Counted from the first letter of the stretch, positions 51,036 through 64,000 are shown. The stretch is DNA of 64,000 bases from Ginglymostoma cirratum (GCA_024137785.1 JAHRHZ010000019.1:26034327-26098326); one strand, 5' to 3'. The notes: a model not told the origin generated them from the letters alone. Numbers and translations are program-made.

Positions 51036-52052
51036 TAGTCTACATATGCATCCATAAAGCTTTTGACAAGATCTCATGAGAAATTGTTCAAGAAGATACG
51101 ATCCATTGGGATCCAGAGCAGTTTGACAAATTGAATCCAAATTAGGTTAATGACAGGAGAGAAGAGGGTAATGATTGAAGGTTGTTTTTGTGACTGGAAG
51201 CCTGCACCCTGTCCCTTTCTGATTGTAGCCTACATTAGTGAGCTGGACATAAATGCAGAAGATATGATCAGTAAGTTTGTAAATGACATGAAAATTGGTA
51301 GTGTGATAAATAACAAGGAGAAAGCATTAGACTGCAGGACAATATAGATGGGCTATCAGATGGGCAGAACAGTAGAAAATGGAAATCATTCCTGAAAAGT
51401 GCAAAATGATGAATTTTGGAAATGTAAGGGAATTCATAATGAATTGTTGTGCCCTAAGAAGTAGACATGATCAGAGGGAGCTTCGTTCATAGATCCTTGA
51501 TGGTAATAGTACAGGTAGATAAGTTGATTAAGAAGGCATACAGGATACATGTCCTATTAGTTCAGTTATTGACTACAGGAGCAGGATTATTACAATGGAC
51601 TTGACAAAAAGTTAGTTAGGCCACAGCTGCAATACTGTGCGCAGTTCTGGTCACTGCATTATGGGAAACATATGATCACCCAAACGAGGTGTAGAGGAGA
51701 TTCACACCGAAATAGCCTGGGTTGGAGTGTTTTAGCTATGAAGAAGGGCTGGACAGGCTGGGGTTGTTTTCCTCAGAGAAGAGGAGGGACTGAGTGATGT
51801 CTACAAAATTATGACAGGCATAGAGAGATTAGATGGTAAGAAACTTTTCCTCTCCATAGGTAGGAAGCCAGAGGTTCAGAGGGGATTTGAGGAAGAAAAA
51901 TCACCAAAAGGATTGAAGTACCATAGCATACAAAGCTATGAGACAAGTGCAGGAAAATGGGGAATAATTGGATAGGTTTTTGATGACTAGCATGGACACG
52001 TTGGACCATATTTCCTCCTTCTGTGCTGTAAAACTCTCAGATCTTATGACTA
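51036..52052 (+). mobile_element. 5'-truncated CR1 LINE inserted in the minisatellite
   Basis: aaagcttttgacaag (KAFDK), YISELD...ISKFVNDMKIG (FADD box), ttagttaggccacagctgcaatactgtgcgcagttctggtc (LVRPQLQYCAQFWS), CR1 tail. Confidence 0.9.
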
Positions 52053-52069
52053 CATAGCTGAAGTGCCCC

Positions 52070-52457
52070 AGCTCAAGCAATATCATGGTGAGTCTCCTCT
52101 GAACCAGGTCTAGTGCGATCATTGTGACTGTGAATGAGCTCAGAATGACTGTGAGCGAATGAGCTCTATGCAACTTTATGTGTGAGTCATCTTAGTGTAA
52201 CAGTGAATTGGATGTGAGTGAACTCAATATGAGTGTGGACAGCTTAGTGTGACTGCAAGTGGGAGGCAGCTCAGTGTGATTGTGGGTGAGCACAGTGTGA
52301 TTGTGAATCTGAGTGACTAGGAATGTGAGTTAGCTGGATGAGCTCATTGTGAGTATGAGTGAAGGCTGTGTGAATGTATGAGCGAGACCAATTGAGCTAT
52401 GAAAGTGAATGAACTCAGTGTGACTGTGAGTGGGAGAGGACTCAATGTGAATGTGAC
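52070..52457. repeat. More degenerate continuation of the GT-rich minisatellite
   Basis: ctcagtgtgattgtgggtgagcacagtgtga and gaactcagtgtgactgtgagtg units. Confidence 0.75.
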
Positions 52458-53118
52458 TGTTGGTATGGACCGGACTAAACCTCCTCAAAATATATTAAGA
52501 TAGACTAGACCCCTTTTTTTATTTTAAAAGGCAAATGTAAGGTGTTGCATTCCAAATGCAATTTGATTGGTCAAGCTTCCAGGCTGGAAGCAAAACACGC
52601 TTTACTCTTACACAATAGTTAAAATACAAGCAAAAGAAAGAAGAACTGGAATATCTCAACTTTATTAGAAAACTTGACAGAATAATCAATTATTTAACTA
52701 CTAAACAGCAACTGTTCCAATATAGTAACATCCCATAAACACACCCTTGGCAAAAGCAAATTTGGTAAAAAAGATTGTCTCACCTACAACTCTCCAGTCC
52801 AGGAGGGAAGAACATCAAAAGAAAACTCTGGCAGAGAGAGAGAGAAAGAGAACTCAAGATTTTTGCCATAGCACAGAGAAATGTATAGCAGCTCCCAAAC
52901 CCTAACTGCTACTGAAAGTTAAACTAAAATCCTGGTTCTGTGGGAGCTTGACCCCACCCCTTCATGTTTCTCTGATTGTTACAACTTTAAAAAACCCAAA
53001 GCCTCACAAGCTGTTTACTTTATTGGCTTGGAACAGACCAGTTTACACCTCTACCTCATCCTCTCTTCATAAAAAAACCAGGACAAAATACACCTCTTAA
53101 AGCCATAGGATCCTTACA
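52458..53118 (-). repeat. Putative 3' LTR of the gypsy element
   Basis: Minus strand starts TGTAAG directly after purine-rich AAGGTAGGAGC (PPT-like) and ends ...AACA; non-coding and downstream of RNase H. Confidence 0.6.
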
Positions 53119-56100
53119 GCTCCTACCTTAAAAATAACCCATCAAAGATGGCTTCATTTTAAAAAAAACCTTACATCTGACATTATTAGGATATTACAAT
53201 ACATATATATTACATTGACTCTAAGTATGCAAGCATTCACTACTACAATGCATTTCAGTCCGTTTTTTTCCATCACTGAATGCCTCCAATTTCACTCATT
53301 AAAGTTGTGACAATGCTTTGGTAATTATGTTCTCTTGTCGAATGGCTGCAATCATAAGCTCCATCTAACAAGTCTCGAAATTTTATTCTTAATGCTTTCC
53401 AAAATCTTTAAGGGGTTGTGATCAGTATATACAATTGTCTCAGACACATTAGTGGAACATAAATATTGAAATGTTGCAATGCCACCACCAAAACCAAGGT
53501 CTCCTTCTCAATTGTGGAATATTTCTATTGATGAAAATTCAGCTTTTTGGAAAAATTATCAATAGGTCTTTCTATTGTCTCATTGTCATCTTGTAAGAGT
53601 ACAGAATAGACACTCTTGTCACTCACAACGATAGCCACCTTGAATGTCTTTGCATAGTTAAGTGTTACAAACACTGGAGCAATGGTCAACACAGCTTTCA
53701 GGTTGTCAAATGCTTCTGACACTCTTCTGTCCACTGGAATTTATTGCACTTATTCAACAGGCTGGTCAGTGCAGCAACCACACTGCTAAATTTAGTATGA
53801 ATTTCTGATTAAAAAAAAATCAGTTTCAAGAATCTTAATACTTTTGTCTTTGTCTATGGTGTGGAAAACTCCCCAGTAACCTTTGTTTTCACATTCCGTG
53901 TGGCCATCTGTCCATGTTCAATAACATGGCCCAGGAAAGTAACTTGGGCTTTTACAAACTCACACACAGCCAGGCTTATTACCAAGGCAGTTGAACTGAA
54001 GTTGATCAAACAATTCTGATAGATTCCCCAAATTGCTCCTTCCAATTGTGATGAAAAATCACCAACTTGTCTTTGTGCGCCACACAATTGGGTAATCCCC
54101 AAATGACCTTGTTGGTTAGTCTTTGAAGTGTAGCTGGTACATTTTTCACACCAAACAGCATAACTTTAAACTGGTAAAGTCAATTCGGTGTCATGAAAAC
54201 CAAAATTTTCTTCGCTCTTTTAGATAAAGGTACTGGCCGGTATTCTCTAAGTGCAACTTAGCAATATAAGTTGCTCATCCCACCTTCTCAATATAGTCTT
54301 CCAAATGTGGAATAGGATATAAATCAGATTTTGTAACTGCATTGACTGCACAATAGTGCACACATAATCATTGAGTACCATCTGGCTTTGGCATTGTTAC
54401 TATGGGTGAGCTCCATTCACTGCAATTCCCTTCAATTATGTCATGTCTGAGAATGCTTTCAATTTCTTTTTGAACCTGCACCAAAATTAGATGGTTACAT
54501 CTCTAAAGATGTTGCTTAATTGTATTAGCATTTCCCATATCTACGTCAAGTGTAATTAGATTAGTACTTCCCAGTTTATACACACATATCTCTCCATGTG
54601 ATTGTAATAATTCAGGTCATTTTGATTTTCCTCTGGAAGGTAACTCTATAATTCATGCTATTTTTCAGAATTTCCTTATTGTCCAATTTAATTTGAGGGA
54701 TGTCCAAAGTAGAATCATCTGAACTTGGTTCTTCACTCTCGTAACCAGTACCACATTCTACTTTTGCTTTCCTTTCTTATCAAAATACCTTTTGGGTATA
54801 TTCACATGACACACTCTGTAAAATTTCTTTCTGGTGTTCTTATCAAATAGTTCAGCTCACTCAATTTCCTTTTGATTTGGTAAGGCCCACTAAACCTTGC
54901 CTTTACAAGTTCACCTATCACTGGAAATAACACTAACACTTTATCTCCATGACCAAAATTGTGAATTTTTGATTTCTTGTTAGCTTCCTGTTTTATCACA
55001 TGCTGTGCTGCTTTTAAATGCTGTCTAGCCAACTCACCTGCTCTATTTAATCTTTCCCTAAAATTTGTCACAAACTCCAATTATGTGGTCTCTGAACTCT
55101 GACTCACCAATTTCTGTTTAATTACTTTCAGTGGTCTTCTCACCTCATGCCCAAAATCTAATTCAAATGGACTGAATTTAATTGATTCATTAGGCGCATT
55201 CCTAATTGCAAAAAGTATAAATGGAATACCTTTATCCCAATCCTCTGGATAGTCTTGATTACAAGCCATCAACATGGTCTTTAAAGTTTGATGCCATTGT
55301 TCTAATTTTCCCTGTGATTCTGGATGGTACACAGGGGGTTTGAATTGTTTTATTCCTAAGCTATCCACAACTTCCTTCAATAACTTTGATGCAAAATTTG
55401 ATCCATGGTCCAATTGCATCTCTGTGGCCAATCCATATCTAGTAAAAAAAATGTTGAATAACTCTTCTACAATCTTTTTAGTTATGGTAAAGCATAATGG
55501 AATGACTTCTGGAAATGTAGTAGACACATCCATTATGGTCAACAAATATTATTCCCACTCTTTGTTTTAGGTAGGGGCCCTACACAATCAATTGTAAAAC
55601 ATTCCTCAAATGCAGGAATGGGTATTGAGGGTACTGTTCTGCCTGAGGGCTTCCAATTACCTGACACATAGAACATTTCTGGCAAAATTAAACCACATCT
55701 TTATGCAGTCCAGGCCAATAAAAAAATGTTTTTGCATTTTGGCTTGAGTTCTCTTTAATCCCAAGTGACTTCATATCAGTAATTCACCACCTATCCACAA
55801 TATCTCCTTTCTATAACTCACCGGTATCACAACTTGATGAACTTCTGCCCATTTTTCATCCACCTGAATATGTAATGGTCTCCATTTCCTCATCAAGACT
55901 TCATTTCTGAGACTGTAACACTCTGGTATGCACTTGGAATCTTCGTCTGTGTATGTGTTTTTTGATACAACTTCTTTAGTTTTCCATCTTCTGTTGCAAT
56001 TCAGCTAGCTTCTCTGAACTAATTATTTCCACTTAGTCCTCCACCATCTGTTCTTGTTTTTTCCCAGCCATTTGATCAAACATAGTTTCTGAGAACTGAA

Positions 56101-56194
56101 CTTCAATTTCCCTATCTTTACTCCTTGATTTCTCCTCCTCTTTCAACCTGTGGCTTTGTGACCTTGTTACCACGCAGTTGGGAAAAATCCTAGG

Positions 56195-56623
56195 ATAATA
56201 TAATACTACATAGGCCAAACCAGAAGAAAATTGACTGTACGGATACATGAACATCAACTAGCCACCAAAAGACACAAACAGTTTTCACTTGTCTCACTAC
56301 ACACGGATAATGAGGGACATGAATTCGACTGGGACTACACATCGATAACCGCACAAGCCAAACAGAGACACGCCAGGGAATTCCTCGAGACTTGGTATTC
56401 TAACCAGAACTCCATCAACAAACACATTGGCTTAGACCCTGTGTACAAACCACTGAGAAACAAACTGGAAGTAATAACAACCACCCCAGCAAACTGAGGC
56501 GTACAGGTAACAAGCAGGACAGAACACTGAAGCTTCACCAGAGGCGCATTGACGATGTTACCTAGCAGGGTGGTGAAATGTTTATAACCAAACCCACTAG
56601 CTCGGCGAGCATGTTTACAACCT
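56195..56623 (+). mobile_element. Penelope-like GIY-YIG 3' fragment inserted in the gypsy element
   Basis: YYIGQTRRKLTVRIHEHQLATKR...HEFDWD...REFLETWYS; ends ctagctcggcgagc like the 6 kb copy; degenerate hammerhead ttgacgatgttacctagcagggtggtgaaa. Confidence 0.9.
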
Positions 56624-57819
56624 AATCCCAGGGTGTAATTCCTATAATACCTGTTGCCTGAATTTGCACTGGATTTTCAACCACAGTAGGCATCACTCTC
56701 ACCTGTGATCCAGCTTTATCATTACCAAGGATAAACTGTATCTCTGGAATTGAGAATTTTGCCATCACTCCTACTGCCACTTTACCACTTTTCACCAGAC
56801 TCTCCAGCCTCACCTTACATAACGGAACACTGCTCTTCTCACCATGAATTCCACATCTTACCACCTTTTCTGGCAAAACTCCTTCTGAAATACATATCTC
56901 CTCATCTCTCACTATTGACGATCGATTTACTCCTGTATGTCTCAAAATTTTAATTTCTTCACCTACTCCTCCTGGCACACATGAGTAAACCTTATTCATG
57001 CAAGTAAATTACTTAAAGAGATCTGGCACTTTATACTCAACCAACCCCTGACCAGGTTGTACATTCTTTTGCAGCTTTTTAACTTCTACAATGCTTTCCT
57101 TTATCACTTCAACAAAAATCACTGGCTTATCCTGTTTTCCTGCATTTGTCTTCCCAGTGCTTTTTCTAAACCACCAACAGTGCAACTTCATGTGACCTAC
57201 TTTATTACAGTGAAAACACATGAGCTTTTTCACTTCTCTTGCCCCTCATTAGTGTTCTTTTCACCCTGTGGTAAACTATCTTTTTGTCTTCAATGAGATC
57301 TCCCTTTCCCTTACCACCTGAGGATTTCTCTTTCCCCCAATTTCTATCCCTCACAGACTGAAATTGAAGTTGGAAGTCAAACTTTGAATTGTGAACCAAC
57401 TCAAAATCATTTGTCATTTCTGCTGCTAATATTACAGTCTTAATGCTCTGCTCTTCCACTTGAGTTCTCATTACTTCAGGAAGTGAACTTTTGAACTTCT
57501 CCAAACAAATCATCTCTCTAAGAGCATCATATGTTTGATCTATTTTCAATGCCCTTATCCACCTATCAAAATTATTTTGATAATTTAAAAATAATTTTAA
57601 AATAATTTAAAATAATACCTCCTCTAATGGTGATGCAAATACCTCACTAGCTCGACCTATTAACTTTGTTTGGATCATCAATCTTGGTCATCAAACGTAG
57701 GCAATGCTAAGACATATTTAAACAGATTCCCCACCAGGCCTTTAGTTATGATGGGATTGTTCTCCGTCACTGTCCCCAACACCACTCCTAAATTTTCACC
57801 TCTATGCAAAGTAATTTTG

Positions 57820-60760
57820 ACAGGTGAATAGGAGCATCAGAAGCTGAAACCATTTAAAAAGCTCGTGGAAGGATTTTTCTTTTTGATGAGTTTACCTTCC
57901 ATAATAAGAATCTATGTTGAGGACCAAAAGGTTACAACTTCTAGACAGACCACACAATGACTGAGGATTATGAGTTGACCCATAAAACTAGACCTGTTTC
58001 TCTCACCATCTTAAATCCAAATGTGATAGAAAATGCTAGAGTGAGGGAAGGAGAGTAGCCAAGGTAAAGAATGGATACCCCCTTGTGCCCCAAGATCTCC
58101 TTCTCAGTTCAGAAAGAAAAATATTGAGGGGAGAGGTGGGACAATGCATTCAGAATGCTGGAAGTTATGAAGAAACCCTTCTGAACTTATTAGAATTTGT
58201 AACAATGAGGTCAAAGAAGGAACTCAACAGCAAAAGTCCACAGATCAGATTGAGCTTTAATTGAAGATAAGAGATTGGTGGTAAACATTTCTGTGAACGT
58301 AGAAGAAGCACATGTAATAGATGAGAGGCCTGAAGGATTAAAGTCTAAAAAGATAACCCATTTTTTCTTTGAAGCATCCAATTCCATAACTTTACTAAGA
58401 GAAAGGACAGCTACTCAAACACCATTGCTATAGAAGGTTTAGATTTCTCTCCAGGGAGGTAAGTGAAAGCCCCAAGGTTGGTAAATAGGATAGGTGGAGG
58501 GCACATTCCTTGTAAAATGTCCAGCTGGCGTGTTACATGTTGTCTAGACTAGTAGTAGTCATCTAAGAAATTACCTGTTAATGGGATTGATTTATTCCTG
58601 GGGAATGACTTAGCAGGACCAGAGTTTTGGATAAGGCTGAAGATAATAGGAAGATAACAAGAACTGACGGGAACTTATAAGAGGTTTAACAATGGGCTGC
58701 TTTGTGAATGGAAGTACACTGGGTCAGTCAGGTCCGTGAAGAGTTAAAACTGCAGGAAACCAGGAACTGCTGCTGGCTCTAGCATATAAGGTATACATTT
58801 GGAGAAAGCACTTGGGATTTTTCAAGTGCATGGATAAGTCCAGAGAAGGCGTACATTCGGACAAAATGTTCAGGATTGGTTGTGTGTACACATAAATCCA
58901 AGTAAGGAATTACTTGGCACAGAGACTTGTGTATAAAAAGCCTGAAGAAATCCCTTTGTCCAACAACACTTTGAAGACTCACATTGTAAAAAGGTACCCT
59001 ACATCAGGAGGCATGGTGAAGATGTTGAGCAGTTTCAGCCTGGCCAGCTGTGAACTCTTCTAGGTAATAACATTTGGGTTTAATTACAGAAATCCAGGGT
59101 GGTTAAAGACAGTGATTGAGATTTCTCTAGTAGTTAAAATTGCATTATTCATTTAAGTACCTAATTAATGAATTATGGTTTTGTAGAGCTCTGAGTGTCT
59201 CCATTGTATCTTCATCTATGTATTAAGTGTTGTCTCTCAGGGCAATAAGGGGTTATAGCTTCGCCACGTTCTGGATATTCTCCATCATTTGTGATGACTA
59301 AAACAAAGGCTGAACAAAGTCCACCACCAGACATCATGGCGATACCATGTTATGGTAGATGAAACTCTACTTAAATATGCAGAAAATTTGAATTATCCTT
59401 AATTGAGGTTGAGGAAGGAGACCTAGAATAAATTGGCACAGACAGCTTACACTGATACTGAGGCCGAGTGAGTTCCAGAGCACTATTCCATCAAAAACAG
59501 AGTTCTGATAAGTGAGTGGAGACATTGACACATATCTGTGTCTGAAGAATGGATGGACTTTCATCAGATTGCATTACCGCCTGGATATTGCAAGTAGCAC
59601 ATGAAATTCTTATGGTGGAACATATAGGAATATGAAAAATGCAGCTATCAATGAATAGGTATTTTATATGGCTAAGGCTTCATAAAGACATAATGGAAAT
59701 TTCTGTAAAATGTGTCAAATATGCCAGATGGAATGAAAATCTCAACATGTAATGAAACCAGCAACTTTGATACAAGATCCATTCGGTTAAGTGTTGGTTG
59801 ATTGTACAGGACCATGATTGACATCAATACTACTTTACAATTATGGATATGACAAATTGACCCCCAGAAGCTAATCCTTTAAGGACATTTACAGTTAAGG
59901 TAATGGTTGAAAAGTTAGCCCAGTTTTTTGATCATTATGGACTGCCAATTGAGATACAATCTGATCAGGATTCTAACTTCATGCCTAACACTTTCCAGGA
60001 GATAATTTGTAGCTCGATATGAAGCATTTGAAGTCAACAGTGTAGCATTCACAAACACTGGGAGCTTTGGAGAGGTATCTTTTAGAATCTCAAAGCCATG
60101 ATTAAGGCATACTCTCACAAATACCCATAGTTTCGAGACAAGGGATTAAATTTCATGCTGCTTACTACCAGAGATCCCTCAAATGAATCTACAGGGTTTA
60201 GTCCATTTGAATTGATTTATGGTTACAAGATTAGAGGTCCTTTAAAATTGATCAGGAAGAAGTTCTTAAACCAAAAAATGAATCTTCAATGTTGGACTAT
60301 GTGTTTATGTTTCTAGGTAGAATTATAGGAGTATGTAATGTAGTACAAGGGAATTGGAAGTTTTGTGAGAGAAAATGAAAGAATAGGCAGATAAAAATTC
60401 AGCAACTGGAACATTTCAAGTGTATTGGTATTTCAGACATTGCAAGGTGAACCTCTGAAAGTGAAATTCATGGTCCATACAAAGTAGTTAGGAGAGCTAG
60501 TAAAGTGATTTATCTGATAAATACTCCTGATTAAAGGAAGAAGAATCAGTTAGGCCACATAAGTATGTTGAAAAGATATTATTACTAGGGACAGGATAAG
60601 GAGGAACAAGTATGTCAGGTGATAAGATAATGGAAGTTGACAGACAACAAGAATGAGGTAGAATGTGAGGTAGACAATCTCAAAGTGAACCTCCTACAAT
60701 TTGACGAGTTACCACAGAATTACTGGGATAGTCAGACACTGTTTCTTCACTTAAAATATC
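57820..60760 (+). mobile_element. Second, older Gmr1-like gypsy remnant (protease and integrase)
   Basis: PVNGIDLFLGNDLAG near 58575-58620; LQVAHEILMVEHIG, VLVDCTGP, GLPIEIQSDQDSNFM and NESTGFSPFELIYG at 59590-60250. Confidence 0.8.
58640..59345. mobile_element. Possible solo-LTR-like insertion between protease and integrase remnants
   Basis: Non-coding stretch of about 0.7 kb with gtataaaaag TATA-like box near 58930, interrupting the pol remnants. Confidence 0.3.
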
Positions 60761-61891
60761 AATTCAGGAAACATTTGGCCATTAATTCTGTCTTCCCACA
60801 TATACATGTTCAGTGCAAATCTATGGGGTTAACAAACTTGCAGTGAAAATTAAGTTGTACCTTTTGACTGTAAACTGATTTGGAAATTATGACTGCACCC
60901 ATTCTGGCACTGGTGAATACACTAAGATCAATGGATTTGTGTCTGTGCTCATAAGTCAGCCAGTTCTAGATGTTTTACTTATGCTTATCAGTTGATTACT
61001 TCAAGTGTTTATATAAACACACAAAAACTGGATAGAAGCAAAAATAGCTGGACCGTCCAGATTTCCCCAGTGTAATGCATTAAGCCAAGATGCCCATTAC
61101 CAACTAAGAATCATACAGTATTTTTGGAGAGGGGAGAAAATGACTCAAAACCTAAGGGAAAGAAAATTTTCTCCATATCGCACTGGGTAACTGAAATCAG
61201 CACAGGAAATCATGTTGACTATGATTGATATTATTCAGTATCTACTTCTTTTACAATGTAATTTCTGCCACAGCCATGAACATGCTGTCTCTTGAAGGTA
61301 GACAATAAATCATTACTCAGCACACAAGGCAACAAGTTTGTGGTTGAAAAGATATGACAGGGTGTGATTAAGTGTCAGTGAGTGTCTTTCCAGACTGTTA
61401 GTATATTATTCTGCCAGGATACTTCCAAATATGTGGATTATTAGCAGTGTTGATGAGTGATCTATGAAGATATTAGAAGGTTGAGTTCTGTTTCTGTCAG
61501 TTGGTGAGATTGTTTCTGGAAGTGGAAATCAGTTTGTTTGTACGTATGACAGCAAGTATTTCAAATCTACTTGCAGTGTGCCATTTGCTTCACACGAACT
61601 TGTGTTCAAATACTTTTTGTTTTCTTAAATCATTTTTAAACTCTCATTTGAAGTCTTTAATTTCTCATTCTATGAATGAAAATGAAGTTAGAATGCGATG
61701 TAAGGTCTTTACGGTGCAATAAGGGATTTCTGGGGAGATATGTATCATAGGTTTACGTGAGGGATAAATACTGCTAAGGATTGGGAGGGCCAAACAGTTT
61801 GTTTTCATTTTGTGACTTCTACAACTATATTATAAACTGCTCTGCAAATTCATTTGTGCGTAGATCCCCAGAGTCTGAATACAAACCTTTA

Positions 61892-63109
61892 CAGGGGGTT
61901 CTGCTATAACATGATAATTGCATTCCTGCGCAACATCGCATTACAGAAAATTACACTATAGAAATAATGAGGCCTATGGGAAAAGTGGGGTTGGGGCAGA
62001 CCACCATAAAATACCATTCAAAATCGCTCAAAAATCACTCAAAAGCCTACCACAAAAGATAGCATACTTTGAATAAATGTTTAATTCATATCTAATAACG
62101 AAATAAAAGTACATTTAACACCTTAACTTGTAAAAATGTCAAAATGACTTGATGGGAGAGGAGGTTTTGAGGCTGCTCTGTTGTTAATGCAGGGGCTGAG
62201 AATTGTCATCATCATCATCATCATCATCACCTTCAGGTGCAGTTGTCGTTGCAGGGTTAGAGCAAAAAATAATTAATCCAGAAGTGGATGGCTGTGGTTC
62301 ATTGCCTTCTGAATGTTTCTTGGGGGTTGGCTTAAAAAAGACATTTTGCTACTTTGCCCTTTTTCTCCTTTCATGAAGAAGATGTTCATTGAGTGTCAAA
62401 TAAAACCTTATTCCATGAACTGCTACCCTGCTGCATTCTGCTTTGTAATCATTGTCCTCTAAGAGCTGCAACTGCTTCTCAATTTCCCTCAGAATAGAAG
62501 ACAAAATAAAAGTGGAAAGCTCTGGTGGTGCTGCATCCTGGACTTCATCTTCTTCATCTTCAGCTTCCACTTCCCCCTCAGCGACAAGTTGTTGTAGATC
62601 AGCTGTAGGGAGGTCTTCACAGTGGGACTCAAGAAACTCTTCAACATCCTCACTCTCCATTTCTTCAAATCCAACTTGCTTTGCAAGATCAACACAATGT
62701 TCTTTGATTCTTGGGAGCTCCTCTGACGGATCAAAGGTTTTAAAATCTTGACAAAAAATCTGGGAGAAGCTTCCGCCAAACTGCATGCAAACAGTCTTTA
62801 CTGACATCACCCCAGGCCTCCACAATAATGTCAATTGCATTCTTGACGTTAAAGCTCTTCCAAACTTGAAGAACACTGTCCTTATCCCCCTCAGTGGCTG
62901 CAATCAGCCTCTGAAATTTGCGTCTTAAATAATAAGTTTCAAACGCTGCTATTGCACCCTGGTCCATGGGTTGAAGGAGAGAGCTTGGAATTGATGGAAT
63001 TGCACTATGGCCAACACAAGTTTGTGTTTTATAAATAGCATTCCCCTTTCATCAGTCACATTATAACCAATTAACACTGCCAGAACATGCGTCATAGCAG
63101 ATCCTCCTG
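61892..63109 (-). mobile_element. Tigger/pogo-family DNA transposon, internally deleted
   Basis: TIRs cagggggttctgctataac (61892) and gtcatagcagatcctcctg (ends 63109); TA on the left flank; SLLQPMDQGAIAAFETYYLRR...AIDIIVEAWGDVS is the DDE_1 C-terminus, followed by a frameshifted acidic tail. Confidence 0.9.
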
Positions 63110-64000
63110 ACTTGTTCTTGTCATTCCAATGGTATTCAGGCTAGCACAAACTTTTAGTAGCATTAGTATTTCCACTGAAGTCAATGATTCTTGTCTTGTG
63201 CCACAGGAGTCCATGCAAGTTATTTTAATATGATTTTATCTGATCTGTCGCCCACTGTAGCCAAGATTTAGTTCCTGTAGTAGAGGACTCCACCAGTTAA
63301 GGAAATGGTGGGAGCCCTATATCGCTTCTGTGGAGGAGGGTTGACATGAATTTCGTGCACTCAAGCACTTAACTGGCAAGCACGGCCTTTCCACACTAAC
63401 AAAGACCCCAGAGAGCAAAAATACCACCTCTGACAGCTACCACAACTCAGAAACTGGCAGCTCTCCATCTAGTGTCACAGGGCAAACTGACTGCAGCTGG
63501 TAATGTTCTGAGGCCTACCAAGAGGATCAATGCCATACCCTTGGAGACAGGCAAGTGGAACAAGATGGGGTTCATGTATGAGTTGTACTGGTATTTGAAT
63601 TACAACGTCCAAAAAGATGGAAAAGAATGTGTAAACTGGCAAGATATTTCAAAGGAAAAATTTAATGAACCAAAAAAAAACTTAGCCAAGCAAGTGGTTT
63701 TAAATCAGAGGGAATAAATGTTGTGTATGATTCTGTGAGGCAAAAAAGCACCAGGATGTAGTGCTTATCATTACCTAGCATTTGTAAATGATCCAGATAA
63801 TAGAAGTCTTAAAAGCTCTGTGGTGTATAGAAAACTGGAACCAAGTATATAACTTCAAAATTATTAATTAAACAAAGTTATGGCTAAAGAAAATGGATTG
63901 GTGGACTATCATCTTTGTCATTAACATTTCAACAAAGGACAGATGGAATACTGAATCTTTTATTCTATAATCCTGAAAGCTATAATGCTGTATTAAGTCA

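Larger units (their letters stand above)
52458..57800 (-). mobile_element. Gmr1-like Ty3/gypsy LTR retrotransposon, degenerate (gag-PR-IN-RT-RH)
   Basis: gag YDALREMICLEKFKSSLP plus CFHCNKVGHMKLHC; protease ILRHTG and FILGNDKAG; integrase LTIMDVSTTFPEVIP, QLDHGSNF, YHPESQGKLE (55081-55545); RT VTFLGHVI (53854-54102); RH AFDNLKAVLTIAPV. Confidence 0.9.

Noticed and set aside
50331-51140. His/Thr-rich minus-strand ORFs; possible CRISPR-like array
   Set aside because: Translation of a 27-bp minisatellite; no unique spacers, and the context is eukaryotic
42000-64000. SIX2 or other neighbouring gene exons
   Set aside because: No second Six domain, homeodomain or other host coding sequence seen in the window

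Overview
This is eukaryotic vertebrate DNA, most likely a shark or other cartilaginous fish, inferred from the CR1/HER1 LINE tails, Deu-domain SINEs and Penelope-type repeats. The only host protein-coding gene I can support is SIX3 on the + strand. It has two coding exons (38577-39259 and 41032-41224) giving 291 aa, with a Six domain, a homeodomain and the SSDSECDV C-terminus. It sits in a TE-poor, CpG-retaining stretch (about 16.4-50.2 kb) with many candidate cis-regulatory blocks and a promoter bearing TALE, NF-Y and RFX-type motifs. The flanks are TE-rich: nested CR1 LINEs, Penelope/GIY-YIG fragments, two head-to-head Gmr1-like gypsy elements, a 27-bp minisatellite and an internally deleted Tigger/pogo transposon. 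The most notable signals are minimal hammerhead-ribozyme motifs in two Penelope-type repeat families (including a non-coding fold-back element with two divergent motifs), a Gmr1-like element with a SCAN-like gag and integrase-before-RT order, and a possible divergent Six3os-like promoter. I found no convincing wholly new system. Repeat boundaries and enhancer calls were made by eye and need computational confirmation.
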